From NCBI GenBank assembly GCA_009914755.4, contig CP068257.2:1344001-1408000 (forward strand): 64,000 bases of DNA, written 5' to 3'. The DNA comes from the human T2T-CHM13v2.0 reference genome, Homo sapiens. Position 1 is the first letter of the stretch, and every line of letters starts with the position of its first letter. The translations under genes and the position numbers were made by a program. Below are positions 60,101 through 64,000 of this stretch, piece by piece. The notes below the pieces were generated by a model. The model saw only the letters and a list, made by a program, of their open reading frames with translations. It was not told the DNA's origin and searched no databases.

Positions 60101-63100
60101 TATACTCTACATGAAATATCAAAGTTCACAAACCATACATTATATACTGTACATAAAATATCAAAGTACCCAAGGTATATATTCTATACTGTACAAAAAA
60201 TATCAAAGTACCCAAAGCATGTATTATATACTGTACATAAAATATGAAAGTACATCAAATATATATTTTATTCTGTACATAAAATATCAAAGTACACCAG
60301 ATATATATTCTATAGTGTACATAAAGTAACAAAGTACACAAACTATACATTATATACTGTACATAAAATATGAAATTACATCAAATATATATTAGGTACA
60401 TAAAATATGAAAGTACATCAAATATAGATTATATACTGTACATAAAATATCAATGTACCCCAAATATATATTTTATACTCTACATGAAATATGAAAGTTC
60501 ACAAACCATATATTATATACTTTACATAAAATATCAAAGTACCCAATGTATATATTCTATACTATACAAAAAATATCAAAGTACCCAAAGCATGTATTAT
60601 ATACTGTACATAAAATATGAAAGTACATCAAATATATATCTTATTCTGTACATAAAATATCAAAGTACCCAAACTATACATTATATACTGTACATAAAAT
60701 ATGAAATTACATCAAATATATATTAGGTACATAAAATATGAAAGTACATCAAATATAGATTATATACTGTACATAAAATATCAAAGTACCCCAAATATAT
60801 ATTATATACTCTACATGAAATATCAAAGTTCACAAACTATATATTATATACTGTACATATAATATGAAAGTACCCAAGGTATATATTCTATACTGTACAA
60901 AAAATATCAAAGTACCAAAAGCATGTATTATATACTGTATATAAAATATGAAAGTACATTAAATATATATTTTATTCTGTACATAAAATATCAAAGTACA
61001 CCAGATATATATTCTATAGTGTACATAAAATAACAAAGTACACAAACTATAAATTATATACTGTACATAAAATATGAAATTACATCAAATATATATTAGA
61101 TACATAAAATATGAAAGTACATCAAATATAGATTATATACTGTACATATAATATCAATGTACCCCAAATATATATTTTATACTCTACATGAAATATCAAA
61201 GTTCACAAACGATACATTATATACTGTACATAAAATATCAAAGTACCCAAGGTATATATTCTATAGTGTACAAAAAATATCAAAGTACCCAAAGCATGTA
61301 TTATATACTGTACATAAAATATGAAAGTACATCAAATATATATTTTATTCTGTACATAAAATATCAAAGTACACCAGATATATATTCTATAGTGTACATA
61401 AAATATCAAAGTACCCAAACTATACATTATATACTGTACATAAAATATGAAATTACATCAAATATATATTATATTAGGTACATAAAATATGAAAGTACAT
61501 CAAATATAGATTATATACTGTACATAAAATATCAAAGTACCCCAAATATATATTATATACTGTACATGAAATATCAAAGTTCACAACTATATATTATATA
61601 CTGTACATAAAATATCAAAGTCCCCAAGGTATATATTCTATACTGTACAAAAAATATCAAAGTACCCAAAGCATGTATTATATACTGTACATAAAATATG
61701 AAATTACATCAAATATATATTATATTGGGTACATAAAATATGAAAGTACATCAAATATAGATTATATACTGTACATAAAATATCAAAGTACCCCAAATAT
61801 ATATTATATACTGTATATGAAATATCAAAGTTCACAACTATATATTACATACTGTACATAAAATATCAAAGTACCCAATTTATATATTCTATACTGTACA
61901 AAAAATATCAAAGTACGAAAGCATGTATTATATACTGTACATAAAATATGAAACTACATCAAATATATATTTTATTCTGTACATAAAATATCAAAGTAAA
62001 GAAGATATATATTCTATAGTGTATATAAAATATCAAATTACCCAAACTATACATTATATACTGTACATAAAATATGAAATTACATCAAATATGTATTATA
62101 TTAGGTACATAAAATATGAAAGTACATGAAATATAGATTATATACTGTACATAAAATATCAAAGTACCCCAAATTTATATTATATACTATACATGAAATA
62201 TCAAAGTTCACAAACTATATATTATATACTGTACATAAAATATCAAAGTACCCAAGGTATATATTCTATACTGTACAAAAAATATCAAAGTACCCAAAGC
62301 ATGTATTATATACTGTACATAAAATATGAAATTACATCAAATATATATTATATTAGGTACATAAAATATGAAAGTACATCAAATATAGATTATATACTGT
62401 ACATAAAATATCAAAGTACCCCAAATATATATTATATACTGTACATGAAATATCAAAGTTCACAACTATATATTACATACTGTACTTAAAATATCAAAGT
62501 ACCCAATTTATATATTCTATACTGTACAAAAAATATCAAAGTACCCAAAGCATGTATTATATACTGTACATAAAATATGAAAGTACATCAAATATATATT
62601 TTATTCTGTACATAAAATATCAAAGTACAGAAGGTATATATTCTATAGTGTATATAAAATATCAAAGTACCCAAAATATACATTATATACTGTACATAAA
62701 ATATGAAATTACATCAAATATGTATTATATTAAGTACATAAAATATGAAAGTACATGAAATATAGATTATATACTGTACATAAAATATCAAAGTACCCCA
62801 AATTTATATTATATACTATACATGAAATATCAAAGTTCACAAACTATATATTATATACTGTACATAAAATATCAAAGTACCCAAGGTATATATTCTATAG
62901 TGTACAAAAAATATCAAATTACCCAAAGCATGTATTATATACTGTACATAAAATATAAAATTACATCAAATAAATATTTTATTCTGTACATAAAATATCA
63001 AAGTACACCAGATATATATACTATAGTGTACATAAAATATCAAAGTACCCAAACTATACATTATACACTGTACATATAATATGAAATTACATCAAATATA

Positions 63101-64000
63101 TATTAGGTACATAAAATATGAAAGTACATCAAATATAGATTATATACTGTACATATAATATCAATGTACCCCAAATATATATTTTATACTCTACATGAAA
63201 TATCAAAGTTCACAAACCATATATTATATACTGTACATAAAATATCAAAGTACCCAAGGTATATATTCTATACTGTACAAAACATATCAAAGTACCCAAA
63301 GCATTTATTATATACTGTACATAAAATATGAAACTACATCAAATATATATTTTATTCTGTACATAAAATATCAAAGTACACCAGATATATATTCTATAGT
63401 GTACATAAAATATCAAAGTACCCAAACTATACATTATATACTGTACATAAAATATGAAATTACATCAAATATATTTTATATTAGGTACATAAAATATGAA
63501 AGTACATCAAATATAGATTATATACTGTACATTAAATACCAAAGTACCCCAAATATATATTTTATACTGTACATGAAATATCAAAGTTCACACACTATAT
63601 ATTATATACTGTACATAAAATATCAAAGTACCCAAGGTATATATTCTATACTGTACAAAAAATATCAAAGTACCCAAAGCATGTATTATATACTGTACAT
63701 AAAATATGAAAGTACATCAAATATATATTTTATTCTGTACATAAAATATGAAAGTACACCAGATATATATTCTATAGTGTACACAAAATAACAAAGTACA
63801 CAAACTATAAATTATATACTGTACATAAAATATGAAATTACATCAAATATATATTAGGTACATAAAATATGAAAGTACATCACATATAGATTATATACTG
63901 AACACATAATATCAATGTACCCCAAATATATATTTTATACTCTACATGAAATATCAAAGTTCAGAAACCATACATTATATACTGTACATAAAATATCAAA
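57200..64000 (+). repeat. Divergent HOR subfamily domain, second block (copy of 41.6-47.2 kb)
   Basis: Ten consecutive ORF-track strings at 41734-44740 recur identically or nearly so at 57720-60726, at an offset of exactly 15986 bp. A further internal period of 3953 bp links 41734 to 45687 and 57720 to 61673. The stretch 57971-59210 recurs at 62552-63791, offset 4581 bp. Confidence 0.8.

Larger units (their letters stand above)
1..64000 (+). repeat. Satellite DNA array: 42-bp monomers in a nine-monomer higher-order repeat (378 bp, or 373 bp short form), about 170 HOR copies, continuing past both window edges
   Basis: Direct reading: the same 42-bp-phased motif recurs without interruption from base 1 to 64000. 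Recurring starts: gtacat / gtacaa / ctacat. Monomer types by their diagnostic cores: A gaaattacatcaaatatatatt(atatt)ag, B gaaagtacatcaaatatagatt, C ccccaaatatatatt, D catgaaatatcaaagttcacaaac, E cccaaggtatatattc, F cccaaagcatgtatt, G gaaagtacatcaaatatatattttattct, H caccagatatatattctatagt, I cccaaactatacatt. They occur in fixed order A-B-C-D-E-F-G-H-I. Consecutive A monomers are 378 or 373 bp apart (for example 1071, 1444, 1822). No unique sequence was seen, and no ORF in the supplied track is non-repeat. Confidence 0.97.

Noticed and set aside
331-63791. The roughly 110 + strand ORFs (MKLHQIY..., MKYQSSQ..., MYYILY..., MYPKYIFYTLHEIS...) as a large paralogous gene family.
   Set aside because: All are translations of the same tandem repeat in different registers or frames. 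Identical 'paralogs' at fixed offsets (11515, 15986, 3953, 4581 bp) reflect segmental duplication of satellite DNA, not gene duplication.
1-64000. CRISPR array, because of highly regular short direct repeats.
   Set aside because: The repeats are directly contiguous with no unique spacers between them. All inter-repeat sequence is itself repeat. The AT-rich HOR organisation is typical of eukaryotic satellite DNA, and there are no cas genes.
1-64000. A novel prokaryotic or mobile-element system (defence island, toxin-antitoxin, integron and similar), as the task hinted.
   Set aside because: No unique sequence of any kind was found. I saw no sequence that departs from the 42-bp phased motif. 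There are no rRNA/tRNA-like segments and no transposon termini. Claiming such a system would be unsupported.
1-64000. CENP-B box or telomeric repeat motifs.
   Set aside because: A CENP-B box requires CG dinucleotides, and the consensus HOR has none. No TTAGGG or TTTAGGG runs are present.

Overview
The whole 64-kb window is one uninterrupted AT-rich tandem satellite array. A+T is about 75% and the + strand is markedly G-poor. The basic monomer is 42 bp (consensus roughly gtacataaaatatcaaagtacccaaactatatattatatact). Nine diverged monomer types (here labelled A to I, roughly 65-90% identical to each other) sit in a fixed order and form a 378-bp higher-order repeat (HOR). The HOR is 373 bp when monomer A carries a 5-bp deletion. 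There are about 170 HOR copies, head to tail in one orientation, and both window edges lie inside the array. HOR copies resemble each other far more than the monomers within one HOR do. The array is a mosaic of recent multi-kb segmental duplications, with offsets of 11515, 3767/3757, 31776, 28392, 18269, 3953, 15986 and 4581 bp. There are two HOR subfamilies: a canonical 9-mer, and a divergent subfamily at about 41.6-47.2 kb and 57.2-64 kb that includes 6-monomer and 8-monomer HORs. Several irregular junctions carry chimeric monomers, the footprint of unequal crossing-over or gene conversion. I find no credible protein-coding gene, RNA gene, transposon, CRISPR array or prokaryote-type system. 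Every ORF in the supplied track is a translation of the satellite in a frame that happens to lack stop codons (42 bp = 14 codons, 378 bp = 126 codons). That is why all the 'proteins' are Y/I/K-rich with a 14-residue period. The organism cannot be identified from the sequence alone. The features fit a eukaryotic heterochromatic, possibly (peri)centromeric, satellite. The interesting biology is the array architecture, not a hidden gene system.
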